A stretch of DNA of 63,922 nucleotides, counting the filler, from Neolecta irregularis DAH-3 (Eukaryota), in NCBI GenBank assembly GCA_001929475.1. It is 10 parts of 10 records of this genome, joined end to end, with 100 filler letters (N's around TTAATTAATTAA, not from the genome) between each part and the next. Parts side by side here need not be neighbours in the genome. Positions count along the whole stretch, not along the records: positions 21,442 to 38,909 come from LXFE01004355.1; 9 more parts are not named here. One strand, 5' to 3'. A model generated the notes under the pieces. That model was not told the origin of the DNA. It saw only the letters and a list, made by a program, of their open reading frames with translations, and ran no database searches. Each line of letters starts with the position of its first letter. Within the stretch, counting starts at the first letter, position 1. Positions 22,742-35,200 of the stretch are shown here, one piece after another. A program made the translations under genes and the position numbers.

Positions 22742-23788
22742 ATGACTTGTTCGGAATTACAAATACACGCTCTTGGCTCAAACAGTAGTTTCCAACTATC
22801 AACTGGAGATTCACTCGATTCTTCAAAACCACGTCTAGTCAAATTTACTTGTCCCCTACCCTCAAGTAGACCAAAATCAATTTCTTCAGGGGGTAATCAT
22901 ACCCTGTTACTTTTACAAGATGGATCATGTTTTGCCACGGGAGAAAATTCGCAAGGACAATGCGGAATCCCCAGATCTCGTCCGGTACTACCCTCTTTCG
23001 AAAATACCGGTGGTCAAAAATGGGAAATTATCGCCGCAGGATGGTCTTTTTCAATATTCATCAATGTCAATAGCCATGTTTTTTCATGCGGAAAGGGAAA
23101 TCGAGGAGAATTAGGATTAGGAAAACATATTAATTCGACCGATCTTGTTCAGATACAATATTTCCCACCTATTGGGTCCCGTATTGTCGATGTACAAATT
23201 GGCGTTTATCACGTCGTTTGTATTCTTGATAATGGGCAAGTATGGGGATGGGGCGATGCTCGAAAGGGACAATTAGGACCCATCGATTCTCCTACAAAAA
23301 CTCTCTTCACTCCCATAAAACTCCCTGGACTGTCTCAAAAGGCAGTTACAGCTGCTTGCGGACGCGAGTTTACAATAATAGGGTTTGAAGACCAATCGAT
23401 ACAAGTTCTCGGTGGAACAAAATGGGGTGTAAGATATATCCCGCCTGATTTCGGGCATCGGCCGTGGAAATGTATAGCTGCTTCTTGGGGTACAGCCCAC
23501 ATTTTATTTTCCGATGGAAAAGTGTACAGTTGGGGCCGCAATGATCGCAGTCAACATATCCATCTTTCCGCTGACATTTCTTTACAAAATATATCAGCGG
23601 GAAGTGAACATGTCGTTGCTTTAGACACAAAGGGTAATGTCTACGCCAGTGGATGGAATGAACATGGAAACTGCGGCCAACAAGATTTAAACGACGTTTG
23701 TGAATTACTACCTATAGACTTTCCACTAAAAGTCGATTACATTGCAGCTGGATGCGGGACTACGTTTCTTGTACAATGTCCCATTTGA
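22742..23788 (+). CDS. RCC1-repeat beta-propeller protein (Ats1/Kti13-like)
   Basis: Repeated GxNxxGQLG/GELG and AGxxH RCC1 motifs in a 348-aa single exon. Confidence 0.85.
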   Translation: MTCSELQIHALGSNSSFQLSTGDSLDSSKPRLVKFTCPLPSSRPKSISSGGNHTLLLLQDGSCFATGENSQGQCGIPRSRPVLPSFENTGGQKWEIIAAGWSFSIFINVNSHVFSCGKGNRGELGLGKHINSTDLVQIQYFPPIGSRIVDVQIGVYHVVCILDNGQVWGWGDARKGQLGPIDSPTKTLFTPIKLPGLSQKAVTAACGREFTIIGFEDQSIQVLGGTKWGVRYIPPDFGHRPWKCIAASWGTAHILFSDGKVYSWGRNDRSQHIHLSADISLQNISAGSEHVVALDTKGNVYASGWNEHGNCGQQDLNDVCELLPIDFPLKVDYIAAGCGTTFLVQCPI

Positions 23789-23861
23789 AGAAAATATAAA
23801 AGAGCTATCCCTTAGATACAAGTTTATTCATCAAAAACAAAGTCTTCCCTTAAGATATCAT

Positions 23862-25349
23862 CTACAAAAGCTCTACAAAATTTGCAGGAAAAGATCCGAT
23901 TTTACCTTTTAATTCGCCTTTCCACCAACTTTCTGTATTATCAGACATCTCGATAATTCGAATTCGGTCTCCTTCTCGAAAACTTAGATCGCCTTGCGTT
24001 TCTGCATCAAAGGAATATTTTGCAATGGCACATACGACTGTACCTGATTTAGATTTCTTGGGAGGTGTTGGTGGCGGTGGTCTTTTCGTCTTGGATCCAT
24101 TCTCAGGAATGTATAGAGAAGCCGGTTGCAGCGGTAGAGTTACTTTAGGTTTCATGGTAGGTAGAGTTGGCTTCGTTTTGGGGATAGGTGGTGGTAGGGT
24201 CTTTGTTCGAGGAGACCGAAGCGGTTCAGCATAGGATGATTTCAGCGAAGGAGACGCGGAACCACTGCCCATCGTAGGTGGACTCGACTGGACAGTTAAT
24301 TTCCTTTCGAGAGAAGGCTGTTTTGAAAACGGTGATGTGCGGAAATGACCAGACAATCGAGTCCCACTTGAACCACCCGAACCAAATGGAAAACTAGCTG
24401 CTTTTCCCGATCGAATAGTTTCAATATCTCGTTCCATATAAATCCGAACTTCACTAAACTTTTGCGAGAAACTGTCAATAATATCACTCGTATAATCCAT
24501 CCCCATTTTTTCAACAAAAGTTTGAAATTTGTTGGCGGCGGTTTCGTAGAGACTAAGCTGAATCGAGTAAAGACATTTTTGAATGGGGTCAATAAAACCG
24601 ATGAGATAATTAAACAGAATCGGTAATCCCGTCTTGAGATTCTGATCATGTACTTGAAAGAGCTGCGCTTATAAGTATTAGATTCAACTTGATAGACGTA
24701 CTTCTTCCGCATAATAAAGGTCCTGTTCCAGTTTCTCCAAAGATTTGGTTTCTTTTTCTGATAGATTTAATTTATCCCGAAGTTTTTTCGTAGAAGCGGA
24801 AAATCGGTCTCGGTCCAATTTCTTATGTGCTCTGTGAACGGGCAAATCAATATTTGCAATGAATACCCCACATACCTTTTCTTTATTGCCTTTTTAACGG
24901 TCTGGAGTATCCTCTTCACTTCTTTGAAAGGTTCAAGGACACTTGAACAGAGATTCTCATTGGATTGGGAGAGTTCTGTGTACATTTCAGAAGTAAGAAT
25001 TGAAAAGGCGTCGACTCTGTTGTAAAGGTCTCTGGGTGTGTCTTTTAGCTCAACATCTCGGGTTTCAGTTGGCAAAGGGTTATATAACGCGACAAGACAT
25101 GCTGACATTGCGTCTTGCGCATTCAGAATCGAAGACCATGTTTCCTGAAATGACTTTGCGTAATTGTCCAAATCGTTGACTGATTTCTTAAAAATTCAGG
25201 AAATCCAATGACAAATAGGACCAAACCTCGGCATTTTCAAAGGTTATATCGAGAATATCAAAATCGATATCCCTTAGTTCGGTTCCCGAACGGGTCCGAA
25301 GTAGATGGGGACTCCTAGCAATGGCTTTTGTAACCCCTTTAACTGACAT
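23862..25349 (-). CDS. N-BAR + proline-rich + SH3 domain protein (amphiphysin/Rvs167-like), 3 exons
   Basis: N-terminal amphipathic MSVKGVTKAIARSPHLL, a helical BAR region (KAIKKRAHKKLD), PPPPTPPKK, and a C-terminal SH3 (AKYSF...DLSF..GD...WWKG...GSFPANFV). Confidence 0.85.
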
Positions 25350-26940
25350 GATGAGGCTATGATGTTTCAAGAGACCCCCCACACTCTAAAAATGATACTC
25401 ACAGAATCTTACGACACTAATACCTATTTATAAAGTCCTCTACAATTTGATACCATTTATAATAACGGAAATGTTTTCTTTCTGCTGTTGACCGAATTGT
25501 CACGACCATACATTAACATGTTCTTAATCGATGTAAACAATTATGTTTACACATGTGACATGACATAACATATATGAGTATAAAGAGGTAAACAAGAAGA
25601 CTGAGAAGAATGCATCGTCAGTGTACATAAAGGATATCGTTGAGTACTTATTATTCATCCTCGACCAAGGCTGAGTAACATTTGGATTTATCTTCTGTCT
25701 ACTCAGATCCCTTGCAGTATCCGCTTACAAAGTCATAGCACCATTATAACTAGAGAAGAGTATTGCCCTGGTTCTTTATTCCTATACAACGAGTTATAGA
25801 CAATAATGAACCCAGATGTGGAGTTGTCCTACCATTCTCTGCAGAGATGATGAACTTGACATTGCATCAGCAGATATGTAATATGTAGGAAAGAGAATTG
25901 CAAGTCAACCTTGGGACGAACTGAATGAAAGGCTGGAGAGATTCTCGAAAACTGAGAACTTAGAAAAGATTGAATGGTGACGGTAGCGAGGTCATGCAAC
26001 AGAATCATCAAGAATGGGTTAAATATTGCCTGTATTCATGATCCTTAAGAATTCAACCAAAGATATTGTCAGCACGCGACCAGCAGGCTTCAATTACNNN
26101 NNNNNNNGGAAAAGATTGAATGGTGACGGTAGCGAGGTCATGCAACAGAACCATCATGAATGGGTTAAATATTGCCCGTATTCATGATCCTTAAGAATTC
26201 AACCAAAGATATTGTCAGCACGCGACCAGCAGGCTTCAATTACATATTATGCGGAGGCGCGGGTGAGCCTTTGTTAGACCTACAAAGAAATGGAGGAGCC
26301 GTAGTCGCACAGAGGTCATAGAGGATGGAAACACGCAATTCATCAATAAATATCCCTAACCCTTCTCCTCCATCTCCAGACATCCATGCAGTGGTATACT
26401 TGTGATAAAATGTAGTATCTATCTTTGCAATGGTGATACCCTCGAAACCTTACAACCCCTCTTCGCCGTTGCTTGCCAACCCATTCCAAAGGCACCAGAA
26501 TTCCTAACTATAACCGAGTCTTATTCGTACTTGTCAGCACACGACCTGAGGTTGAGCGCAGATGTGGACTTAGGTTGGATATGCCGACGTAGATACTGTG
26601 AATAAGAGTAACTACGTATATTGAATATCGGGTGAAAGCCCTAGCCAGCTAGTCTGGCTGGGCGCTACTTATGTCCAGATTAGGCACATGTGCTGCTACC
26701 TTCATCTGACTGTTTGCCTCCCTATTGATCTGCTGGGTGGTGATGCCTGTGACAGGCCCGACTGGGATGATCGGCGACCCTTGCTGCTCCTTGTGCTTGT
26801 TCCGATACTTTGGCGGTGGCGGTGGCAACTGGTGGGGGTTGCGACGTTGTGTTTTAAATCAGATATATAGACATGAATTGTAAAGACACCGTTCAGTAGT
26901 ATGTAACACCCGACTAGCCCCAAATATACACCATTTCTAG

Positions 26941-28210
26941 TCAAACACCACATTCCTTGACGTTGACTGACGAAAAGTCTACAAATACACCATTCTCTTT
27001 CAATAAAGACGAGTCCCGTCCCAACTGAGCTTCAACATCGTGCTTGCTTCCTTGAGCAACCTCACATAGTGCGTTTTTATGGAAATCGATGATCAGCTCT
27101 TCCAGTCCGTGCTTGGTCTTCAATTCGATAAATCTCTCGGCATCATAATATTGGCGAAATTTGACAATATGACATTTCTTCAATCGAGGACATGACATTT
27201 TAAGAGTTTCAAGGGTTTTAGAGAGGTTGGTATCGTTCTCGGACCTTCTGTCAAAGATATAAGGATATTCGATTGTGATTCCTTCGAGATATTGGAATTT
27301 ATTGGCACGAGAGAAAGTTTCGACCGGAATGTGCAAATGAGTTCTACCCATCTCAGTGCGAAGCGAGAAGTTCTTGATCTTCTCATCAAACGGATGGAGA
27401 ATCATCTGAGCTATATTCCGAAATTTAGATTCATCTACAGGCCAGTAGTCCGAACTACGAATAGTATGGCGATACTTTTCAGATGTGTTAGCATATAAAA
27501 CGATAGCGAGATCTCGAACTCCTTCCAATAGTGGAAATGTATCATTTATAAGTCCCAACGCCGACCAAAGCATAGGAGCGCGAATTTGAACTGACGGAAT
27601 CGATCGTAGGCTTCCATGTCCTAACATCGAATCAAGTAAAGTCGATGCACGCCAAGACGTGGATACTTCCTGAATTCTAAAGTTGTTGTCGAATGAAATG
27701 CATAACCGTTTAATCGTGTTTTGATGAATAATGTTGCTAACTAAAGAATAGTAGGACTTGTGCCCAATATTGCACATGTCAACAAATACAGTATGGAATG
27801 GAATATTGAGACGAAGTTTTTCCCTAGCGAAGACTTTGTAAAATTGGCTTGCCTTGCGAACGCTTCGAGTGTTTGGACTGACAACGGACGACCAATTGAA
27901 CGAGCGCCAAAATCCTGAGTATACGATAACCGCAACCCTCCAAAACTTGCAAATAGCTGCCACTTTCATGGCAAAAGCAGGCTTAGAAGGAAGGTATTTA
28001 TCACGAGCTACTATACACTCGGTATCCTCCCAGACAGTATTTGGATTTGACTGACGACATAGTGGTTCTAGGTATTGAAAAATCGTCAATAACACATCGA
28101 TCGGAAGTTTATCGTTAAAGCTTCTATTATCATTAACCACTGAATCCCTTCGCTTGTTCGCCTAAAAATGAGCAAGACATATGCAATGGGAGAAGTACCA
28201 ACAGCTTCAT
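26941..28210 (-). CDS. F-box-like protein (lineage-specific)
   Basis: KLPIDVLLTIFQYL...VAAICKFWR split F-box motif. Probable short first exon MKLL. Confidence 0.65.
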
Positions 28211-28560
28211 AGTTAAATTGCAGAATTCGACCAGCGAATGAAGATTAATATTTTACAAGTATCTGATAAAAGGGCCGATAGGCAGGATATAAATTGAATT
28301 TTTAGATGCCTTCAAGGTCAGTTTGGACAGTTTATATAGTTGTCAGGCAATACCTGGTCAGACTATACTACATTGAGCTCACAACAGACGGAACAAGTAT
28401 TTACACAAGGATCATTCTCTGGATTTTGCTTCGTTGGCAGCTTAATTGAAAAATGTTAGCGTTCTGAGTAGTAGAAGTTAATCTTAGGGTATACACTAGA
28501 TCTATTAACGCCTGAATGGGGCAATGCACATCAGATATATAGTGAACAGAATATTTCAAA

Positions 28561-30445
28561 TTATCTGGAGCCTGCCGCCTTTGCGCGCGCCTCTGCTGCT
28601 CTGGCAAATCGTTCTCTCTGTAATTTTATCCTTGCTTCAGGTGTCATTTCTCGTTCTTCACGTTCTGTTTTGCGGATGTCTCGCACTGCTGATAGCCTTC
28701 CCACGCCATATTTGATTCCACTAGACTGCTCGCTAATCTCTTCTGATCTTTCTGTCTTTTGCTGGGTTAGTAATATCTCTTTTTCTCTTCTTTCACGGGA
28801 TCTTCGTCTTCGAGCTTCTACGTCTGCCAGCGTTAAGCCACTGGGGACTTTAGCATCATCCCACGCCCATCTATCCTCGCCAAGTTCATGGCGCGATATG
28901 CGGAAAGCTTCTCGCGTTGCTTTATCTCCCGCCAGCTCAAAGGGAGTCCTGCCGAATTCATTTTGAGATGTCGGATCCGCGCCCCGTTCTAATAGAACTG
29001 ATACAACCAATGGTTGGGACAATGCTGATGCAAGATGAAGCGGTCGAGGACTGTGAGCGTGTGTGGATTCAGGGAAGAGCAGAAAGTCTATTGGAAGATG
29101 TTGTTCTTTCAAATATGCAACAAGTGAGGAGATTTTCGATCGTCTGATGTATCCTGAGATCGTAGTTGTATGAACCTTCCTTTCTTCTTCCTCTGGACTG
29201 GCCTTTTGTGATATTGGCTGTGGCTTTGGGTCTTTGTCCTTATTCTTCCTGGCGTTGGTTTCAGTGGCTGGTTGTGGTTGAAGCTCATTAACATCTACAA
29301 CGATAACTCTTGTCAATTCGTTATAGCAGCGCTTTAGCTCGCTAGCTGTCTAATATTCAGCTAGCGACAAATCATGGATAGTTACTGCTCGACGAGTTGT
29401 AAACGGAAAGGTACGTAAACGGGTATCATCTCCGTGCAATACTGCGCGCTCGTAGTTGAATAAAATGCTTTTGTTTAACTTCCCGCTTGCTCTCACGAAA
29501 ATTAGTTGAGTTTTCCTGATCATGATCTCCCAAGAACTTAACAGTTCTCGCACTTCCTGCAAGTAAGCAGCGTTAAGCCCATCTGACAAACTTTCTTGAG
29601 CTCTAATTCTTGAGCTCTTCTCAAATTACTGCCTGCTGAATGTGCCTTTCCCTTCGCAGAATCATTTGCGGCTTGAGATCCCCCTTGTTTACGTCGTGTG
29701 GTATAGCGATGGAATGACTTTTGAACCAAAATATTTGGATCAGATGAACCAATTTTTGGTGCCAACGATATAATCATTCCAGCAAAATGACCACCTCCAA
29801 TAGCAAACATTGCAATGGTTTCCTGTGGTTTCGTCCGTATTTCAGCTATAAGACCCTGAGTAGTTGTTGCGGTAAATAGAGCTTTAAAAATGCCTACTCG
29901 AATGGAATCTGAAATCTCCGGTAAACGAAGCCAGAGAAAAGGAGATTTAGCGGGCCGCACTCTATCATCAAAAGACTCTTTCTTCTTGCTCGTGGTGTGC
30001 TTCTGGAGCAACAAATTAAGCGTTGTGTCGTTATCTGACGCATCGGACACCTCAGATTCCGAGCCGGATAGTGAATTAGCCAGACCTGAGACCCCTGAGC
30101 GTGAAATTGCTAATCGTTTGTACCTTCGAGCAAATCCTCGAATGCCTGTTCGTTGAGCGATTCAAGTCCGCTGTTCTTCCTTTTCAAATTAAACCGATGT
30201 AAGTCGGATTTGTAGTGGGCTCGTTGATCGTCGACCGATAAAAATTGAACGGATGGACACGACCTGCATGAAGAGAGAGCTTTGTCAAACTCAGATGTGA
30301 CCTGATCGATCCCAGTTGTAGAGGTCTCTGTATCAACAACAGGCTGCGTAAGATCGTCCAGAACCAAGGAGCGACAAATTTCATCGGGAAAATGATTGAT
30401 ATAAAGCGGCTTTGAGAGCAGAGGATGGATGGTCGAAATCAACAT
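28561..30445 (-). CDS. VMS1: Vms1/ANKZF1 (C2H2 zinc finger, VLRF1 domain, ankyrin repeats), 4 exons
   Basis: C..C...QRAHYKSDLHRFNLKR, GGGHFAG, FHRYTTRRKQGGSQ, HSAGSNLRR, ankyrin PLHLA...LLERGADP, and C-terminal RERFARAAEAR. Confidence 0.93.
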
Positions 30446-30504
30446 GGCGGTCTGATTTCAATCAAAACCCAATTTGACATCATAATTCACACCCTGAATG
30501 TTGA

Positions 30505-32142
30505 ATGTCTTTACCACCATCAAACGCGCCCAAATTACGCATCCCAGAGCGTCGATTCATCTCGATAGAACATCCAGCAAACGTCCAAAATGTAGACAAG
30601 GCACTTGAGACTATCGGCGGACAAATGGCAATAAATAAGGCAGGTTGCTACGATCTGTCCACTTCTGAGTTCTGCAGGCCCTACAAGACCCTCAAAATGC
30701 ATCATTCAATCTTACATTTCGCCAAAACGACCACTTTTCCCACCCTATCATGTCGAGTCACGCGAATACAAGCAATTTGGTGTTGAAAATCACTCGCAAA
30801 CGGAAACGAGGTGCAGTTGAACCATGGAAATATGAATACCAGCCTACCGCTTCTGTTGAGCATACATTCAGGTTTAGAAGTATTTCTTTTGCTATCTCAG
30901 CTATTTACAAGAGATCTAGCAGATTTTCAGTATCGACCTTATAATTCAAAATTTGTTAAAGAAAATTTGAATCCGTTTTTATCCTTCAGTTGTATGTCCT
31001 GTTAAATTTGACACTAAATAACATTCAGTAAATGAGCTCAAGAAGGTTCGTATCTCAGATGAACCAGAAAATCTCGAAGAACTAGATTTAATGCCCCCGC
31101 CTGTCTTCTCTCGCACAATACACCCTCATTCTTATAAGTATGTCCTCGAGGCAATCGGATTACTTAACGAAGTTACCGCCAAAACACTGCCGTTGTCGCA
31201 GTTGCCTCGGATGGGGTGGTCAAATTTGTAAACCGGCAAGCTACCACCCGCTTAAATCCATCTGCAGTCCAGTGGGGTGTCGATACAATACCAACTACAC
31301 CAAAAGTCGATGAACGGCTACAGAAACCAGAAGTTATGGAAGTGGTCGGTATACTGAATTCACTGTTGGAGAAAAGGCCGGTGTGGACTCGTCGAGCACT
31401 TGAATCCCATCTCAACGAAAGGCAACGACTTGCGATCAAAGCAGCAATACCTCAGGTCGCTTATCTCTGGATTTCTGGGCCCTGGAGAGATGCATGCTGC
31501 AAATTCGGCGTTGATCCACGGACAGCTCCAGAATTTGGGCAATATCAGACACTAATGTTCCATTTCCAAGATAAACCTGTGTCCTTTGCTGCTCGTCATC
31601 GAGCCGGAGAAGAACCCATCAAGTATAAATTCCTATCTCTTCACATAAATGACGAAATAGGATTGCTGAAAACCAATCCTCCCATATATTTGACGGAAAA
31701 ACACTAAATATTGCGGGAAGAACTTTCCAGCTATGCGACATAACGGATCCGTTGATTAGGCAACTTCTAGATCAGTCACAACCGCCATCTTCTCCTCATG
31801 TATAATTCTACTGTTATCTTTATTAATGCTGAGGGCACTTTCGGCTGGTATACTATGGACACAATGGTTAAGGTACGGAAGATTATGAGACTCAAACTCA
31901 AAAGTCTCATCGATGGACGAATTCCGAATGATACCGAATTCACACATATCCTTGAGAGCAGATTTGATGAATCAAAGAGCGAGACCAAGGAAGAAGCCTT
32001 GACTGCCAATGAAGAACAAAATGTGGAGGAGAAGGTGGAAGATTTAATGAAGGAATTTCTGGCTCAGAGTCTGGAGCAGGAATCATTTGGGGACATAAAT
32101 GAAGAAATGAGCGATTTTGAAGTGCTCGTAGATTCAGAGTAA
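30505..32142 (+). CDS. TFC1: RNA polymerase III transcription factor TFIIIC subunit tau95 (Tfc1/Sfc1/GTF3C5), about 6 exons
   Basis: SIEHPANVQNVDKALETIGG, FRFR-LADFQY, MPPPVFS, RPVWTRRAL, GPWRD...FGVDPR...YQT, FQLCDITDP, GWY, and an acidic C-terminal tail. Confidence 0.9.
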
Positions 32143-32261
32143 AAAATAAATATGCTTGCGAATAAAATGACTATCGTTATCTGCTGTGTTTCATAATACT
32201 GAATATCCCAAACCAAAGTAGAGTATGTGAATGCCAAAAGAAAGAAATTATATCAATGCAG

Positions 32262-35200
32262 CTAATCGTAAATTTCGAAAGGCACAATTTTATCCATAGA
32301 ATACAACCAATTGCCACTAATTGATGAGCATTTACTATTTTAGGAATAGATAGATACGTTTCGTCTTCTTTCAATAACCATTCTGTAGGCCATTCAACTA
32401 GATGACCTCGCACTTCCCCAAGAGCTTGATGGATAACTTCTTCCTCGGGAACTTGGTCAACTGAAAAGTTTAGTTTCTTGAATGTAGTTCGCCGTTTTCG
32501 ATGGGTATCGTTGCAGCTCGAAGGTTCGACTGGCCCAAGAGTTTCGTTTGATTCGACTTTCTCTTTCTCGTGATAGTTTGCTTCTTTGGAATGTTCAGAG
32601 AACTCATACCCACCTTTCTCGGCACATTCGTCAAGAGTTTCGTCGAGTTTCCCATGACCCACAGCCTTGGGCTTTTGAAATTTCTGAGCAGCAGGAGGGC
32701 AGGAATAACCATGTTGCTTTTCTTGTTCAGTCATCTTCCTGTGTTTAAAACCTTGAGAACGGGCGAGTTTTTCCCCATAAATTACCCAAGCTTTATATTC
32801 TCGCCATGTTTGGACTAGATTATCCGGCATTGGACGAAAGACATTTCGAAAGATCTTGGTGTTGTTCTTTGCTGTTGCGTGCCAAACGTCATGGAAAAAT
32901 TCATCCACGAGCGGATCTTTGAAGCCCTGTGGGTCTATGTGTGGAATAATTCTGCCTGTTACGGTTGAAATCAAAGGTTTCCCAAGCTCTTCTTGAGAAG
33001 GGATAGATGTATTGCCATTGCCTGGATGGATACGAGCTATCCCTTGCTTTGGCGTAGAGTCTGACAACGGTGGTGTATTTGCGGCGGATGGTGGATTAGA
33101 CGGCGGGTGAGCCGAGTCCGGGATACTCGAGCTCGAATACTCCCTTTTAGATGACCCATTGCTCAATTGGTGCGAGAAATGCTTCTCAGGATCCCGCTTA
33201 GCCTGTTCCAATTCCTCTTTGCAAACTTCAGGTTGGGGCTGTTTGCCGCAATAATCTGAGGTCACACCAGGGATTTGATTGGTTGTCGTTGTGACCTTTG
33301 TTCGACCAATCTTCCCATCTTTTATTGTCGCCGCCTGTCGTAACTTTTCACCAACTCCTTTCAATTTCAGTCTGATATTGGGTTCTTCAGCTTCGTCTTC
33401 ACTGCTGGAAGAGATGGTTCCCTGCCGATTATCCTTGTTCTTCTCTTGTACCCAGTCAACATCGTGGTTAAAACTTGGGGAGGTAAGTGGTCCCATTCGA
33501 ATTAAGACTGGGGCTGCCTGGGGTTTCTCATATTTCACTGTGTCTATTTTATCAGGTCCACCAATGTCATTTTGTTTTTCTGGATCCCAGCCGTCGTGGT
33601 TTCTCCAAGGAGGACTCTTATCTAGCCCATCCATCATTCGTTCTTGTTGTTCCAAATGGTCGACATTAATACCCAAATGCTCTCGTTGAAGGCGCATGCG
33701 AAGTGTGTGAGGAAATCGACCGACTGCGTAGGGATCACCTCCCATAGTTGATTCCATCATATCTCTATCTCGAATTATGATGGCGGCCTCCGAATCTCGA
33801 TTGCCACGCATTGATCGCTCATTGATATTTGCAGAGCCAATGATGGCAACACGATCATCGACGATCATTGTCTTTACGTTAGCACCAAACATGAGAGGAG
33901 AGATGCTTTGGCATGAATGTACACCATTTCTGTCACGACCTGTCCGTGATCTCCAATTTCTCCCCAACCACGGAGACCATAAAATCGAATATAATCTTTC
34001 GGTTTAATATCATGTTTGTGTAATCGACCCCATAAGGAATGTTCACTTCGACATATACTTCGGTATTGAGCATGCATTATGAGCCGGATACTGCCGCCAT
34101 CCTGGCTGTCAACAGTGTTTTGGAATCCGGGCATTAGTGGGACGAGTATAACGGCCCTAAATATTAGTCAAGCGCTGTAAGAGACTCATACTTCCAGTTG
34201 TCTTGTTCTTCATGGGCTCGTACTATGCGCTCGAATAAAGCATCGCCGATGTGATTCTCAATTTTTGTACCATCACATACAGTTGAAGTAACGAAGAATT
34301 GGTTCTCGATGTACACGAAATGTTCGCTCTTCCTGATGCAAGCGCAATAGGCATTCATAATACTATGTTCTGTTCGACTAGTAGTTCCAAGTGACCAGGC
34401 GCTAGCGGAACGAAGAATTTGTACTTCGCATGTTCCTGTCAAGCCTAGATTTTCAAGTTCAGCCGAATGAAAATCGGGAGGCGGCAAAAGGAATGGCGTA
34501 GGTCTATTGGGTTTCTTTTGGCGGATGAAATAGTTCCATCGTTGAATGAAGTGACGTGTGAGATCTCGAGCAGGTTGTCCCACCACTAGCATCGAGACGT
34601 CATGCCAGGGCATACGAGGAACTTCAGAACGATCATACAATTCCTCGAAAGGTTTATCAAGCGTGTGAAAATCGAGGATCCTAGGGTTAGAGTAGTCCTT
34701 CCCGGGCCAAATTTGAGGATCCGATGGAATCTGGTCTTCATGTCCATCTCCAAAACCAAGAGGTCTGTTATCGGCTAGGACATGTTCCGATGTATCCCAT
34801 CTTCCGTAGCACAAGTCTAAACCTCCACAGAAAGCAATATCATAATCAATGATACATATTTTATCATGATGTGCCCAAAAGAATGTTTGCTGTCGAAGAT
34901 GTGATGGCGAACGTTGAACAAAAATGTTCGGATGCAAATTTATCAGAGTGTTTTTAGTATACTGCGAATCGATTGGAACAGTTTGACCGACATTATGATA
35001 GACGATAACAAAGATCTTGACCCCCTCCTCTGCTTTCTTCTGAAGAAGTCGATCAAGACGCCATCTATAAGAATGGGCTGCGGGCCGACGTAAATGCTTG
35101 AAAGTAAGCTCACTATAAATGCTAAACAGCGTACCAGTTCTGGGCTGAGCCACCAATCATGAATATATATCGAGTCTCGGGCTCTATAAATAGCTCTGCT

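Noticed and set aside
25962..26243. Near-perfect direct duplications around 10-N gaps (also 15856-15992, 58078-58211 vs 58874-59008, 59437-59504 vs 59635-59701)
   Set aside because: They abut gaps exactly, which is typical of unmerged overlapping contig ends or allelic reads rather than real tandem duplications.
26355..26670. CCCTAACCCT (telomerase-template-like) plus two small hairpins in a gene-free interval, considered as telomerase RNA
   Set aside because: A 10-nt match is expected by chance in a window this size, and I could not identify a pseudoknot, CR4/5 or Sm site.
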